A DNA stretch of 32,000 nucleotides from Methanopyrus sp. SNP6 (GTDB lineage: Archaea; JAADCQ01; Methanopyri; Methanopyrales; Methanopyraceae). Location of the stretch: contig NZ_CP019436.1 of assembly GCF_002201895.1 (NCBI RefSeq), positions 1,059,867 through 1,091,866 of the forward strand, written 5' to 3'. A program made the translations under genes and the position numbers. Below are positions 16,603-25,303 of the stretch, one piece after another (position 1 is the first letter of the stretch; each line of letters opens with the position of its first letter). A model generated the notes under the pieces. That model did not search any database and was not told the origin of the DNA. It was given only the letters and a program-made list of their open reading frames with translations.

Positions 16603-17516
16603 AGCTCGATCCCGAGGGCTTCACAGATCTCCTTGTATCGGTTTCGGATAGTAACTTCAGTAACTCGAGCAACCTCCGCGATCTCCTTCTGAGTACGTCT
16701 CTCTCCCTCAAGAATAGACGCTATGTATAGTGCAGCCGCGGCTACACCAGCCGGTCCCTTACCCACGGTGATGCCTTTCTCTTTGGCCTTCTCGATAATC
16801 TCTTGAGCCTTAGCCTGGACGTTCTCGGAGACCCCTAACTTTGAGGCGAACCTGGGCAGGTGATCGGAGGGTTCAGCCGGCTTCTGCTTCAGGTTCAGCC
16901 GACGTTGCAGTACTCGATAAGCCCGGAGTACCTCGTTTTCATCCGAGACTCCAAGCGCCTCCGCGATCTCGCGGGCAGTCCGGGGCACGCGAGCTTCTTT
17001 GCACGCGGCGAACACCGCAGCTCCCAAAACGCTCTCTATGCCGCGGCCACGCACGATCCCTTCTTTGTACGCCTTCCTGTATATCGAGGCGGCGAGTTCC
17101 CTGACCGACTCGGGTAGCTGGAGCTTGGACGCGAGATTCTCCAGCTCCAGAAACGCCTGGAAAAAGTTCCTTTCCCTACTTCCAGATACTTTGATACGTG
17201 CATCCCAGGTACGGATGCGCCGCATCCGGGGGTTCTTTTTCCCACCGGAATCGCGCAACTCCCGGTCTATAATCGTGGATATTCCCTTATCCGGTAACCT
17301 CAGCTTAACGGGCTCTCCAGTTCGAGACCTCCGTTGCCTCTGGTCCTGGTTAAAATGCCGCCACTCAGGGCCGGGATCTATCACCGGATCTTCAGTGACC
17401 AGTCCGCAGTCCGCGCAGACGTACTCACCCCGCTCTTCATCGAAAACAATTTCTGCGGAACCACACACCGGACACTCTTCCGTGAGCTTCCCGGGATTCT
17501 TTCCAGAAGCAGCCAT
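16593..17516 (-). CDS. tfb: Transcription initiation factor IIB
   Basis: Zinc ribbon CPVCGSAEIVFDEERGEYVCADCGLV, B-finger-like region, two cyclin-like repeats; ends RTQKEIAEVARVTEVTIRNRYKEI. No intein. Confidence 0.98.
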   Translation of the reverse strand: MAASGKNPGKLTEECPVCGSAEIVFDEERGEYVCADCGLVTEDPVIDPGPEWRHFNQDQRQRRSRTGEPVKLRLPDKGISTIIDRELRDSGGKKNPRMRRIRTWDARIKVSGSRERNFFQAFLELENLASKLQLPESVRELAASIYRKAYKEGIVRGRGIESVLGAAVFAACKEARVPRTAREIAEALGVSDENEVLRAYRVLQRRLNLKQKPAEPSDHLPRFASKLGVSENVQAKAQEIIEKAKEKGITVGKGPAGVAAAALYIASILEGERRTQKEIAEVARVTEVTIRNRYKEICEALGIELHP

Positions 17517-17531
17517 TCTCGATACACCCCA

Positions 17532-17813
17532 TCATCTGCGGCGGCGGGGTCGACCCCGCCGCCTACGGGGAGGCCTCCGCCGCCGTTTAGGTGGTATGAA
17601 AAGCTCCTTCCCGACGAACCTCTCGAGGTGGTGTCGAGACTTATCTCGGACGGCCACGTAGGGCTTATCCGCAGGTCCAAAAACGTCTACAATAACACCT
17701 ACGCGCTCACGACGGCGAGTTACAACGGGTGCCCCTAAAGGCGGTACGTGATCGGCCCTCGCGATGAGATTTCCCCTGGGCGTAACGTGGAGGGCGCGCC
17801 CCAGCCTGCGCAT
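17532..17813 (-). CDS. gar1: H/ACA RNP protein Gar1 with arginine-rich tail
   Basis: RLGRALHVTPRGNLIARADHVPPLGAPVVTRRRERVGVIVDVFGPADKPYVAVRD; adjacent to tfb as in many archaea. Confidence 0.88.
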   Translation of the reverse strand: MRRLGRALHVTPRGNLIARADHVPPLGAPVVTRRRERVGVIVDVFGPADKPYVAVRDKSRHHLERFVGKELFIPPKRRRRPPRRRRGRPRRRR

Positions 17814-17819
17814 GACGAC

Positions 17820-17875
17820 ACCTCCTACACGTTACTGCTTAACTCGAAGTTTTTATCGTTTTTGGCACTCTAGAA
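17820..17875 (-). promoter_or_regulatory. Likely promoter and SD of the gar1-tfb transcription unit
   Basis: Minus strand reads GATAAAAACTT (TATA-like) then GGAGGTG before the ATG at 17813. Confidence 0.4.
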
Positions 17876-17893
17876 CCCACGACCCAGACTTCA

Positions 17894-18370
17894 TTATCTG
17901 TTGGCACATTCCGAGCACACATCGAGTTTCTTGTTGCCCTTGAACTTCTTCCCACACACCTTACACGTACACTCGTACAGCTTTGCTCGCTTACCTTCGA
18001 GCTCGGCTTCCCTCTTGATCCGGCATGTCCTCTCTAGCTCTCGACGGAGGTAGAACCAGGTATCGCCGAACACGTCCCTACCACGCATTACCACTCTCCT
18101 GGCGACCTCGAGTCCATTGTCGTCACTATTATTCATAGCACGTACCATTGCACTCAAGAACTGACGCTCTCGATACCTGTAAAGGTCTATAGCGTCGTTG
18201 GGGCAGACACGCACGCACTTATCGCAAGCGTCACATGCCTCCAGGTCTGCGATGACCACCTCTTCATCCTTGATTTTCAACACTCCTCTCTCACAAACCT
18301 CAACGCAGAGCGCGCAGGAGGCTCCATCACATCTGGTCCGGTCGATCTCGATACGACGGACTACCTGCAC
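17894..18370 (-). CDS. 4Fe-4S ferredoxin-type protein with C-terminal zinc-ribbon-like CxxC...CxxC
   Basis: CDGASCALCVEVCERGV, CDACDKCVRVCPNDAI and C-terminal CKVCGKKFKGNKKLDVCSEC. Confidence 0.85.
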   Translation of the reverse strand: MQVVRRIEIDRTRCDGASCALCVEVCERGVLKIKDEEVVIADLEACDACDKCVRVCPNDAIDLYRYRERQFLSAMVRAMNNSDDNGLEVARRVVMRGRDVFGDTWFYLRRELERTCRIKREAELEGKRAKLYECTCKVCGKKFKGNKKLDVCSECANR

Positions 18371-18375
18371 CTATG

Positions 18376-18390
18376 CTCCCCCCCGGGGAG
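18376..18390. promoter_or_regulatory. CTCCCC-CCC-GGGGAG hairpin containing SD-like motifs for both flanking divergent genes
   Basis: CTCCCCCCCGGGGAG between starts at 18370 (-) and 18399 (+). Confidence 0.45.
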
Positions 18391-18398
18391 GATCGGAG

Positions 18399-18791
18399 TT
18401 GGACATAAGGGTTCGAGAAGATGACGGCGACGTGATCTTAGAGTTCTATGCGGAGGACGGCAAGTCGGTCGAAGTTTCAACGCGTGCGTTTTACACGGTA
18501 ATATACCTGAACCGCCAGGATCCTATCGAGAAGACGAAGGAGTTGTTCATTAAGGTCTCGAAGATCCTCGGCGAGGAACAACCCGAGATCTCGGTGCGGC
18601 GAGAGGAGTACCCTTCGGGTCACATCCTGAATCCGTGGGTAGCCAACTCGGAGGGTGCTGACGACGTATGGCCGCTGGTCTTCGAGGTGAAATCGAAGGG
18701 TGGAGTAGCGTGGGAGTTCACGTTACTTGTTCCCGTAAGGTTGGAGGGCCGGCGACTCAGGGAGATACTTTTAAAAGTTTTCAGATCTTGA
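18399..18791 (+). CDS. Uncharacterised protein, 130 aa
   Basis: TTG at 18399 preceded by GGGGAGGATCGGAG gives LDIRVREDDGDVILEFYAEDGKSVEVSTRAFY... The tracked start at 18198 lies antisense in the ferredoxin gene. Confidence 0.65.
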   Translation: MDIRVREDDGDVILEFYAEDGKSVEVSTRAFYTVIYLNRQDPIEKTKELFIKVSKILGEEQPEISVRREEYPSGHILNPWVANSEGADDVWPLVFEVKSKGGVAWEFTLLVPVRLEGRRLREILLKVFRS

Positions 18792-18822
18792 TCGCCCGAT
18801 CTCCCGCGGAGGTGATATCATC

Positions 18823-19758
18823 TTGTACCCGAGAGGGAGGAAAGCTACCCTCGCGGCCATCTTGCATACCATACTGCGGGACCGTCCCTCGACGCAGAAA
18901 GAGATCGCAGAGAAGGTTGGTGTCTCCCGGCGATATGTTACGGAACTCCTAAGACCGCTCATCGAAGAGGGCGCTGTTCGAAGGACGTACACAGTCGACA
19001 TGTCGAAGCTCAGACGCCATTTCCCCAAATTATTCGAGGAGCTCGGAAACTTCCTGTACGAAGATGTAGAGATGCACTTAGAGGGCGTCCGACCCTACTT
19101 CAAACGCATGACTGACCTGACCCTCGAGCAAATCGAGACGGCTCTCATCGCGGTCGAGGAGAACCCAGAACAGGCTCCTAAGGTTATCGAGATGGACGAG
19201 GAAGTGAACCGATTGGACGAAGAAATACGTCTCTACGTCCGGACGCTTCCAGTTCTCCATCCTTGTGAGGAAGCTGGCAAGGTGGCGACCCTACTGCTGG
19301 AGATCTCGCACTGTATCGAGCGGATAGGGGACTACGCGTGCAACATCGCGGAGGTGGCTGAAACACTCGGGACACTGTCCGACCTGCAGTGCTGGAGGGA
19401 CGTGCGCGAGGCCGCCCTGGAAGCTCGTAGAATGGTGGAAACCGCGTACAGCGTTTTCCTCGGTCGGGTGAAGAAGGAGGACCTGCGCGATGAAGCTGAA
19501 AAGGTATACTGCGCCGAAGATCGTGTCCACAAAAACATAATCAAGGCGTGTGAGAAGGCCGTTGAGGAAACGAAAGAGTTTCCTAAAAAGGCCGACCGGC
19601 TGTTCGGTCTTTCCCGGATCACGAAGGACATCGAGCGCATCGCGGATAAGGCCGTAGACGTTGTAGATTTCACGCGCGAGCTCGTGGAGGGTAGGCCTAG
19701 GGATCTCACACCTGAGCAAGAGATGAGGAGCACCCTACCCGCTGACGGCACTTATTAG
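18823..19758 (+). CDS. PhoU-like protein with N-terminal helix-turn-helix, probable regulator
   Basis: HTH RPSTQKEIAEKVGVSRRYVTELLRPLIEEGAVRR; two PhoU-like helical repeats (LLLEISHCIERIGDYACNIAEVAE..., LSRITKDIERIADKAVDVVDF); SD GGAGGTGAT. Confidence 0.85.
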   Translation: MYPRGRKATLAAILHTILRDRPSTQKEIAEKVGVSRRYVTELLRPLIEEGAVRRTYTVDMSKLRRHFPKLFEELGNFLYEDVEMHLEGVRPYFKRMTDLTLEQIETALIAVEENPEQAPKVIEMDEEVNRLDEEIRLYVRTLPVLHPCEEAGKVATLLLEISHCIERIGDYACNIAEVAETLGTLSDLQCWRDVREAALEARRMVETAYSVFLGRVKKEDLRDEAEKVYCAEDRVHKNIIKACEKAVEETKEFPKKADRLFGLSRITKDIERIADKAVDVVDFTRELVEGRPRDLTPEQEMRSTLPADGTY

Positions 19759-19769
19759 GGGGGTGCCGG

Positions 19770-20486
19770 TTGTATTACATCGGGCTCGGCGGATTCGGCT
19801 GCCGGTTCTCCACTCACGCCTCAAACGCAGGTCTTGAGGTGATCCTCTGCGCGGGATCTAGAGGAGACCTACTGCGTGTATCGGAAGGCGAGAAAATCGA
19901 GGTGGCCAGCGGTATCGGGTTCAGTCGGGACTGGTGTAAGGCTTCCGAGGAGCTGCAAGAGCAAGCGGAGACTATCCGCGAAACGCTGGAAAGGGTGGGT
20001 GCTGAGGAACCCACGGTTCTAGCTTTCGGTCTCGGTGGAGCCGTCGGATACGCTTTAGCGCAGCAGATCCTGAAGGAGCCTCCGGTACCCTTCATCGTAC
20101 TGACCACGGTTCCGGGAGAATCGGAGGACCCTCAGGTGCGTCGCAACGCCGCCGAGCAGGTGAAGAGCGTCCTGGGAGTGTCTATCAAGCTTCCCGTCCT
20201 CTGGGTGGACAACGCGTTAGGTGGGTATGAAAGGGTTAACAGGGTACTCGAGAGAACACTCCTCGACCTCCGAGACTTCCTGGGCGTGCCCGTGGAGGAG
20301 CTCCCGAACTTGGCCGGTAACTACGCGTTGTCACCTTCGATCTCCGGAGAGAGGGTGACCGGGGACGTCGTCAAGACATCGGCGGATGAGGTCAGGAAGC
20401 TGGTGGAGAGTAGAGAGCCAGAGGAACATGTGGTTCGACGCGAGCGCCGTGGGCCCGATCCGGAGTCGCTGAGAGAATTGTTCTAA
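19770..20486 (+). CDS. Putative NTPase, possibly a divergent FtsZ/tubulin-superfamily protein
   Basis: YYIGLGGFGCRFSTHASNAGLEVILC and EPTVLAFGLGGAVGYALAQQILKE...FIVLTTVPGE resemble the N-terminal glycine loop and the (degenerate) tubulin signature loop. TTG start behind GGGGGGTG. Confidence 0.45.
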   Translation: MYYIGLGGFGCRFSTHASNAGLEVILCAGSRGDLLRVSEGEKIEVASGIGFSRDWCKASEELQEQAETIRETLERVGAEEPTVLAFGLGGAVGYALAQQILKEPPVPFIVLTTVPGESEDPQVRRNAAEQVKSVLGVSIKLPVLWVDNALGGYERVNRVLERTLLDLRDFLGVPVEELPNLAGNYALSPSISGERVTGDVVKTSADEVRKLVESREPEEHVVRRERRGPDPESLRELF

Positions 20487-20498
20487 GGGTGAACCGAT

Positions 20499-20735
20499 AT
20501 GTCGAGGAAAGCCAGAGTGACGCTCACACTCTCCGAGGATGCCTTGGCCCGGGTCCTAGCGACTAAAGACGCCCTCGAAGGAGACAGCATTTCGGCCACC
20601 GTCGGCAAGTTGGTGAAGTTCGGATTCGCGTACCTCAGGGAGAAGTTCCCTGAACTGTTCGAGGGTATAAACCTTGAGGAATACCGTGAGAAGGCGCGTG
20701 AGCGCTGGTTCGATTCCGGATCCTCTCGGTCATAG
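20499..20735 (+). CDS. Small ribbon-helix-helix-like protein
   Basis: KARVTLTLSEDALARVLATKDALEGDSISATVGKLVKFGFAYLREKF fits an RHH pattern; closely follows the upstream gene. Confidence 0.5.
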   Translation: MSRKARVTLTLSEDALARVLATKDALEGDSISATVGKLVKFGFAYLREKFPELFEGINLEEYREKARERWFDSGSSRS

Positions 20736-20743
20736 TTTTTAAA
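20736..20743 (+). promoter_or_regulatory. Candidate TATA box (TTTTTAAA) upstream of argJ
   Basis: AT-rich octamer immediately after the RHH ORF stop and 34 nt before the argJ start. Confidence 0.35.
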
Positions 20744-20776
20744 CTCGGGTCAGAGGGGTCCCTCCAGGGAACCGCG

Positions 20777-21940
20777 TTGCGTGCACCTGAAGGCTTCCTT
20801 CTTGGTGGTATCAAACGCGAAGGTATAGGAGTTGGGTTAATCTTCTCGGAGCGTCGATGTGCCGTAGCGGGCACCTTCACTGAGAACACCCTCCGCGCCG
20901 CTCCGGTGGAGTACTCCGAGGAGGTGTGCGAGCGAGGTGTCGCCCGCGGAGTGATAGTGAACAGTGGTCACGCCAACGCGATGACGGGTGAGGATGGATA
21001 TCAAGACGTACTGCGCACTGCGGAAGCGATCGCCGAGCTAACGGGGGCTCCGGAGGACGAAATAGTGGTGTGTTCTACTGGCGTGATCGGTGAGCGACCC
21101 CCTGTCGATAAGATTGTGGAGTACGCGCGCGAAGTTTGGGAGGATATGGGATCCACTGAACGGCACGTTCTGGAGTTTAGTCGGGCCATCTTGACCACAG
21201 ATACTGAGGAGAAAATAACTTTGTACGAGGGCGATGGTTGGTCACTCCTCGGAATCGCGAAGGGTGCTGGTATGATACATCCGAACATGTCCACTATGCT
21301 CGCATTTTTGCTCACCGATGTGGGAGTGAAACCAAAAGAGCTTCAGATGTGGCTTCGTGAGGTCGTGAACGACACATTCAACATGATAACGGTAGATGGA
21401 GATGAGAGCACTAATGATTCCGTAGTGCTGCTAGCGAACGACAGCTCGAACCTCAAAGTCGGCAGAGATGTCACTATCACGGAGTTCCAACGCGCCCTGG
21501 AAGAGGTCTGTACGGAGCTCGCTGAGAAGATTGTACGAGACGGTGAAGGGGCGACGAAGCTAATGATAGTACGCGTACACGGTGCGAGTAATGAAGCAGA
21601 GGCTCGGCGTGCGGCCCGCGCGATAGCATCCTCAAACCTGGTGAAGGCGGCGCTGTTCGGCGAGGATCCGAACTGGGGACGGATCGGAGCCGCCATCGGG
21701 GCCGCACGCGTCGACGTCGATCCTGACGAGTTACAGATAGCTTTCCGCAGCTCAGAGGGCGAGATAGTGGCCTACGAAGGAGGTCCTGTGGATTTTGACG
21801 AAAAGAAGGCTAAGCGCGTTCTCTCCGCGAGCGAAGTTGAGATTGTGGTGGACTTAGGAGTAGGTGACGCGTCCGCCCGCGCGTGGGGGTGTGACCTAAC
21901 GTACGAGTACGTGCGGATCAACGCGGAGTACAGGACCTGA
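20777..21940 (+). CDS. argJ: Glutamate N-acetyltransferase / bifunctional ornithine acetyltransferase
   Basis: VIVNSGHANAMTG, GIAKGAGMIHPNMSTMLAFLLTDV, DGEGATKLM, EDPNWGRIGAAIG, self-cleavage-type T-MLAF. Confidence 0.96.
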   Translation: MRAPEGFLLGGIKREGIGVGLIFSERRCAVAGTFTENTLRAAPVEYSEEVCERGVARGVIVNSGHANAMTGEDGYQDVLRTAEAIAELTGAPEDEIVVCSTGVIGERPPVDKIVEYAREVWEDMGSTERHVLEFSRAILTTDTEEKITLYEGDGWSLLGIAKGAGMIHPNMSTMLAFLLTDVGVKPKELQMWLREVVNDTFNMITVDGDESTNDSVVLLANDSSNLKVGRDVTITEFQRALEEVCTELAEKIVRDGEGATKLMIVRVHGASNEAEARRAARAIASSNLVKAALFGEDPNWGRIGAAIGAARVDVDPDELQIAFRSSEGEIVAYEGGPVDFDEKKAKRVLSASEVEIVVDLGVGDASARAWGCDLTYEYVRINAEYRT

Positions 21941-22172
21941 CCACCTCCCGTCTTGAGGGATGAAATTTTTCGGGGGCGGTTCATAGTCTCTCTGTTCGGG
22001 ATCACGCCTCTCACTGTGCAGTCAGTCGAGCCGAATGCATGGGCAAATAACAGGTAGGTTCGTGGCGATTCCGGATCACCGATCAATTCGTGGTCGCTCG
22101 GAACCCGAGAATGAGAACCCTCTTCCCTTTCAACCCAAGAGGAGGATCGCTAAGGGCGTGAGGGGGCCTCAC

Positions 22173-23411
22173 TTGACCGACAGGGAGGAGGTGGTAGAAC
22201 TCCGAGGTCACATCATCGACTCACTCATTTTCTCACGGGTACTGGACACTATCATGGAGATGGGTGGAGATTTCGAAATATTGGAGTTCAAGGTTGGGAA
22301 GCGCAAAACGGACCCCAGTTTCGCGAAGATTCTCGTCAAGGGGAAGGATCCTGAGCATCTTAGGGAGATAATCTCCGAACTGCGTAAGTATGGGGCGATT
22401 CCAGTTCATACGCAGGAAGTCCGACTGGAACCGGCTCCGGCGGACGGTGTCTGTCCCAGGGGCTTTTACACGACTACGAACCACCGAACGTTCGTATTTT
22501 TTGACGGCGAGTGGATCGAGGTCGAGGATATAGAGATGGACTGTGCGATCGTGATTTACCCGGAGGAACGCAGGGCAGTGGCTAAACCTATCCGGGAGGT
22601 TCGCGAGGGAGAGTTGGTGGTGGTAGGAGATAGAGGAGTGCGCGTGAAGCCCCCCGAGAGACCTCGAGGTAGGACTGGAATCTTCGGCTTCATGGAGAGC
22701 GAAGTCTCACCTGAGAAGCCCACACTAACGCTAATCCGAAGGATAGCTGAAGAACTAGAATGGCACAGAAAGAACGGGAAAGTCGTGGTAGTCGTTGGCC
22801 CTGCTGTAATTCACGCTGGAGCCCGTGATGACTTAGCGTGGATGATCAAAGAAGGGTACGTGGACGTACTCTTCGCTGGTAATGCTGTGGCTACGCACGA
22901 CGTCGAAGCTAGTTTATTCGGGACATCACTCGGCGTGGATTTGGAGACGGGCGAGCCAGTAAAGGGTGGACATAGTCACCACCTTTACGCCATCAACGAG
23001 ATCCGACGAGTGGGTGGATTACGCGAAGCCGTTGAGAAAGGAATCCTAAAAGATGGGATAATGTACGAGTGCATCGTCAACGATGTTCCGTACGTGCTGG
23101 CAGGCTCGATACGTGATGATGGTCCTATCCCGGACGTAATTACCGACGTCATGGAAGCTCAAGCGGAGATGCGACGTCACCTTAAGGGGGCCACCCTAGT
23201 GCTGATGATGGCGACGATGCTTCACTCGATCGCTACCGGCAACCTCTTGCCTTCCTGGGTCAAAACTATCTGCGTAGATATCAACCCCGCGGTAGTTACG
23301 AAGTTGATGGATCGAGGAACCGCCCAGGCTCTGGGAATAGTGTCCGACGTCGGAGTGTTCCTACCGGAGCTCGTGAAGGAGCTCAAGAGGATCCGCGACG
23401 ACGAGGCTTAG
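22173..23411 (+). CDS. Archaeal ornithine cyclodeaminase-like / TIGR00300 (LOR/SDH-like) family protein
   Basis: TTG at 22173 after GGGGGCC; [43 protein letters not shown]... [43 protein letters not shown]...[14 protein letters not shown]. Tracked start at 22035 judged too early. Confidence 0.85.
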   Translation: MTDREEVVELRGHIIDSLIFSRVLDTIMEMGGDFEILEFKVGKRKTDPSFAKILVKGKDPEHLREIISELRKYGAIPVHTQEVRLEPAPADGVCPRGFYTTTNHRTFVFFDGEWIEVEDIEMDCAIVIYPEERRAVAKPIREVREGELVVVGDRGVRVKPPERPRGRTGIFGFMESEVSPEKPTLTLIRRIAEELEWHRKNGKVVVVVGPAVIHAGARDDLAWMIKEGYVDVLFAGNAVATHDVEASLFGTSLGVDLETGEPVKGGHSHHLYAINEIRRVGGLREAVEKGILKDGIMYECIVNDVPYVLAGSIRDDGPIPDVITDVMEAQAEMRRHLKGATLVLMMATMLHSIATGNLLPSWVKTICVDINPAVVTKLMDRGTAQALGIVSDVGVFLPELVKELKRIRDDEA

Positions 23412-23637
23412 TCCACTCTTTTATCCTGCGTTCGGTAAGTTCTTCCATCACCTTTTTAGCCTCTTCCAGCGCATCCTTCGTCCCCCTGAAAGCTAGGACT
23501 GTTGTCTTAGTTCCTCCACGTTCAATCTCCCGTTGCACGACTTTCACGTCGCACCTTCGCTCCACCTCAGCGATCACATCTGCCGGGACGCCTAATGGTA
23601 TTATCATATCATACTTCTTAGTGTCTCGTTCGGACAC
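23383..23637 (-). CDS. Small alpha/beta protein of unknown function, 84 aa
   Basis: Complete ORF convergent with the upstream gene; [57 protein letters not shown]; G-rich SD upstream. Confidence 0.6.
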   Translation of the reverse strand: MSERDTKKYDMIIPLGVPADVIAEVERRCDVKVVQREIERGGTKTTVLAFRGTKDALEEAKKVMEELTERRIKEWTKPRRRGSS

Positions 23638-23645
23638 CTTCGACG

Positions 23646-23662
23646 CCCCCCCCCAAAGGGGG
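23646..23662. promoter_or_regulatory. C9-A3-G5 hairpin containing SD-like G-runs for both flanking divergent genes
   Basis: CCCCCCCCCAAAGGGGG between starts at 23637 (-) and 23670 (+). Confidence 0.45.
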
Positions 23663-23669
23663 ATAGTCG

Positions 23670-24653
23670 TTGTCGGAAAAAAGTAGCCGGAAGGAGCGAA
23701 ATGAGAAGACGAAAAGAGAGACCACTAGACAGGGAAAGCATCGCCGCATTAGGGTCAAGTCTAGGCACTACGAAATGCCGTTTTCTCGAGGTGTTCTCGC
23801 CAGGTCCCTAACAGCGATCGGCGTCGAGCCTCACAAAGCGTACGAGATAGCACTCAAGATCAAGGAAGAGTTGCAAGAGGAAGGCATAGATAAAATTAGT
23901 ACTGATGAATTAGCCGATATAATTCGGACTAAACTTGAAGAAATCGATGAGACGTTGGCGGAACGCTATGAGCTATGGAGGAGGATTAAAAAGCGTGAGG
24001 AACCGATAATAGTCTTAATTGGAGGAGCTTCTGGTGTCGGTACATCTACGATAGCTTCTGAGGTAGGACACAGGCTCGGTATTACGAACGTTATCGGCAC
24101 TGACGCTATTAGAGAAGTAATGCGTAGAGTTTTAGCAGAGGAGTTGTATCCGACTCTCTATGAGTCTTCGTACACAGCTTGGAAGCGATTGCGCTATGAA
24201 CCCGCCGAAGATCCTGTGATTACTGGGTTTCTTGACCACTCCGAACCAGTGGTGGTTGGTATTGAAGGGGTTGTGAATCGATCGATCAATGAAGGTATCC
24301 ATGTGATTGTAGAGGGCGTTCATATCGTTCCGCGATTGATTAAGAGGGAGATTCTCAACTACCCAAACGTGTTCGTGTTCATGCTCTCCGTAGAGGATGA
24401 AGAGGCGCATAAGTGGCGCTTCTACGCCAGGTCTAGGGATACAAAACTCTCACGGCCCGCTGAGCGGTACTTGAAGTACTTCGAGGAGATCCGTAGAATT
24501 CACGACTTCCTCGTGGAGGACGCCGAAGAGCACGATATCCCAGTGATCAACAACGAGCATATCGATGAAACGGTGGACCAGATCGTGAGCTACATATCCT
24601 CTAAACTCTTGAAGGGTGAAAGAGAGCTATCCAAGAGCGTCTCCTGGTGGTGA
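23670..24653 (+). CDS. pgk2: 2-phosphoglycerate kinase
   Basis: RHYEMPFSRGVLARSLTAIGVEPHKAYEIA (N-terminal ATP-cone-like region) and P-loop IVLIGGASGVGTSTIASEVGHRLG, TDAIREVMR. Exact start uncertain. Confidence 0.88.
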   Translation: MSEKSSRKERNEKTKRETTRQGKHRRIRVKSRHYEMPFSRGVLARSLTAIGVEPHKAYEIALKIKEELQEEGIDKISTDELADIIRTKLEEIDETLAERYELWRRIKKREEPIIVLIGGASGVGTSTIASEVGHRLGITNVIGTDAIREVMRRVLAEELYPTLYESSYTAWKRLRYEPAEDPVITGFLDHSEPVVVGIEGVVNRSINEGIHVIVEGVHIVPRLIKREILNYPNVFVFMLSVEDEEAHKWRFYARSRDTKLSRPAERYLKYFEEIRRIHDFLVEDAEEHDIPVINNEHIDETVDQIVSYISSKLLKGERELSKSVSWW

Positions 24654-24659
24654 TGTACT

Positions 24660-25076
24660 GTGACGTTCCGCGAGGAGTTACTCGGTTGCAAGGTCGAGGA
24701 ACTGATGACCAAAGACCCCATCACCGCGTCTCCTCAAGTTGGAGTGATAGAAGCGTTCGAGATCATGCTAAAGCATGATATTGGAGCACTGCCAGTAGTG
24801 GACGATGAGGGTAGGCTTATAGGACTCGTAACCCGGACTGATCTCGGGCGCGCCCTCCTGGAAGACGAGTACGAGCCCGGAACCACCATCGAGGAGGTGA
24901 TGGAAAGGGACGTGATAGTAGTTCACCCGGATGATACTCTACTCGATGCCCTGAAACGCATGACGTCCACCCCCGAGGGCATATATAATCAGCTCCCCGT
25001 AGTCGACGATGAAGAGAAGCTTGTGGGAATACTGACGGATGGGGATATCCTCAGGTGGATAGCGAAAGAACTGTGA
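24660..25076 (+). CDS. Two-CBS-domain protein
   Basis: VEELMTKDPITASPQVGVIEAFEIMLKHDIGALPVVDDEGRLIGLVTRTDLGRAL... and VMERDVIVVHPDDTLLDALKRM...LPVVDDEEKLVGILTDGDILRW. Confidence 0.93.
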   Translation: MTFREELLGCKVEELMTKDPITASPQVGVIEAFEIMLKHDIGALPVVDDEGRLIGLVTRTDLGRALLEDEYEPGTTIEEVMERDVIVVHPDDTLLDALKRMTSTPEGIYNQLPVVDDEEKLVGILTDGDILRWIAKEL

Positions 25077-25303
25077 AGGTCAGAGTGCGGAAGGCGCCGG
25101 AGGAATTACTTTCGCTGTTACGCAAGTTAGGGCTCTCAATCGCCCGGACCGAGAACGGTTACGAGATTAGTGGTCCTAAATCTCGGCTTCTGGTGGCCCT
25201 TCAACATATACCGCCCAAAATGGCTATCCTGGCCCGTGAGACCGTCGAAGAGTTAAGACAGGTGGTTGGGGTGGAAAAGCCCAGATTATCTCACCGCCGT
25301 TAG
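25073..25303 (+). CDS. Small uncharacterised protein
   Basis: GTG at 25073 overlaps the upstream stop (GTGA); VKVRVRKAPEELLSLLRKLGLSIARTENGYEISG... Confidence 0.55.
   Translation: MKVRVRKAPEELLSLLRKLGLSIARTENGYEISGPKSRLLVALQHIPPKMAILARETVEELRQVVGVEKPRLSHRR

Noticed and set aside
16593-17516. Intein in TFB
   Set aside because: The TFB reading frame is contiguous and of normal length, with no splicing motifs.
21941-22172. Box C/D sRNA or tRNA in the argJ downstream gap
   Set aside because: I searched both strands by eye for RTGATGA/CTGA pairs and tRNA arms and found no convincing set; left as an unexplained gap needing small-RNA data.
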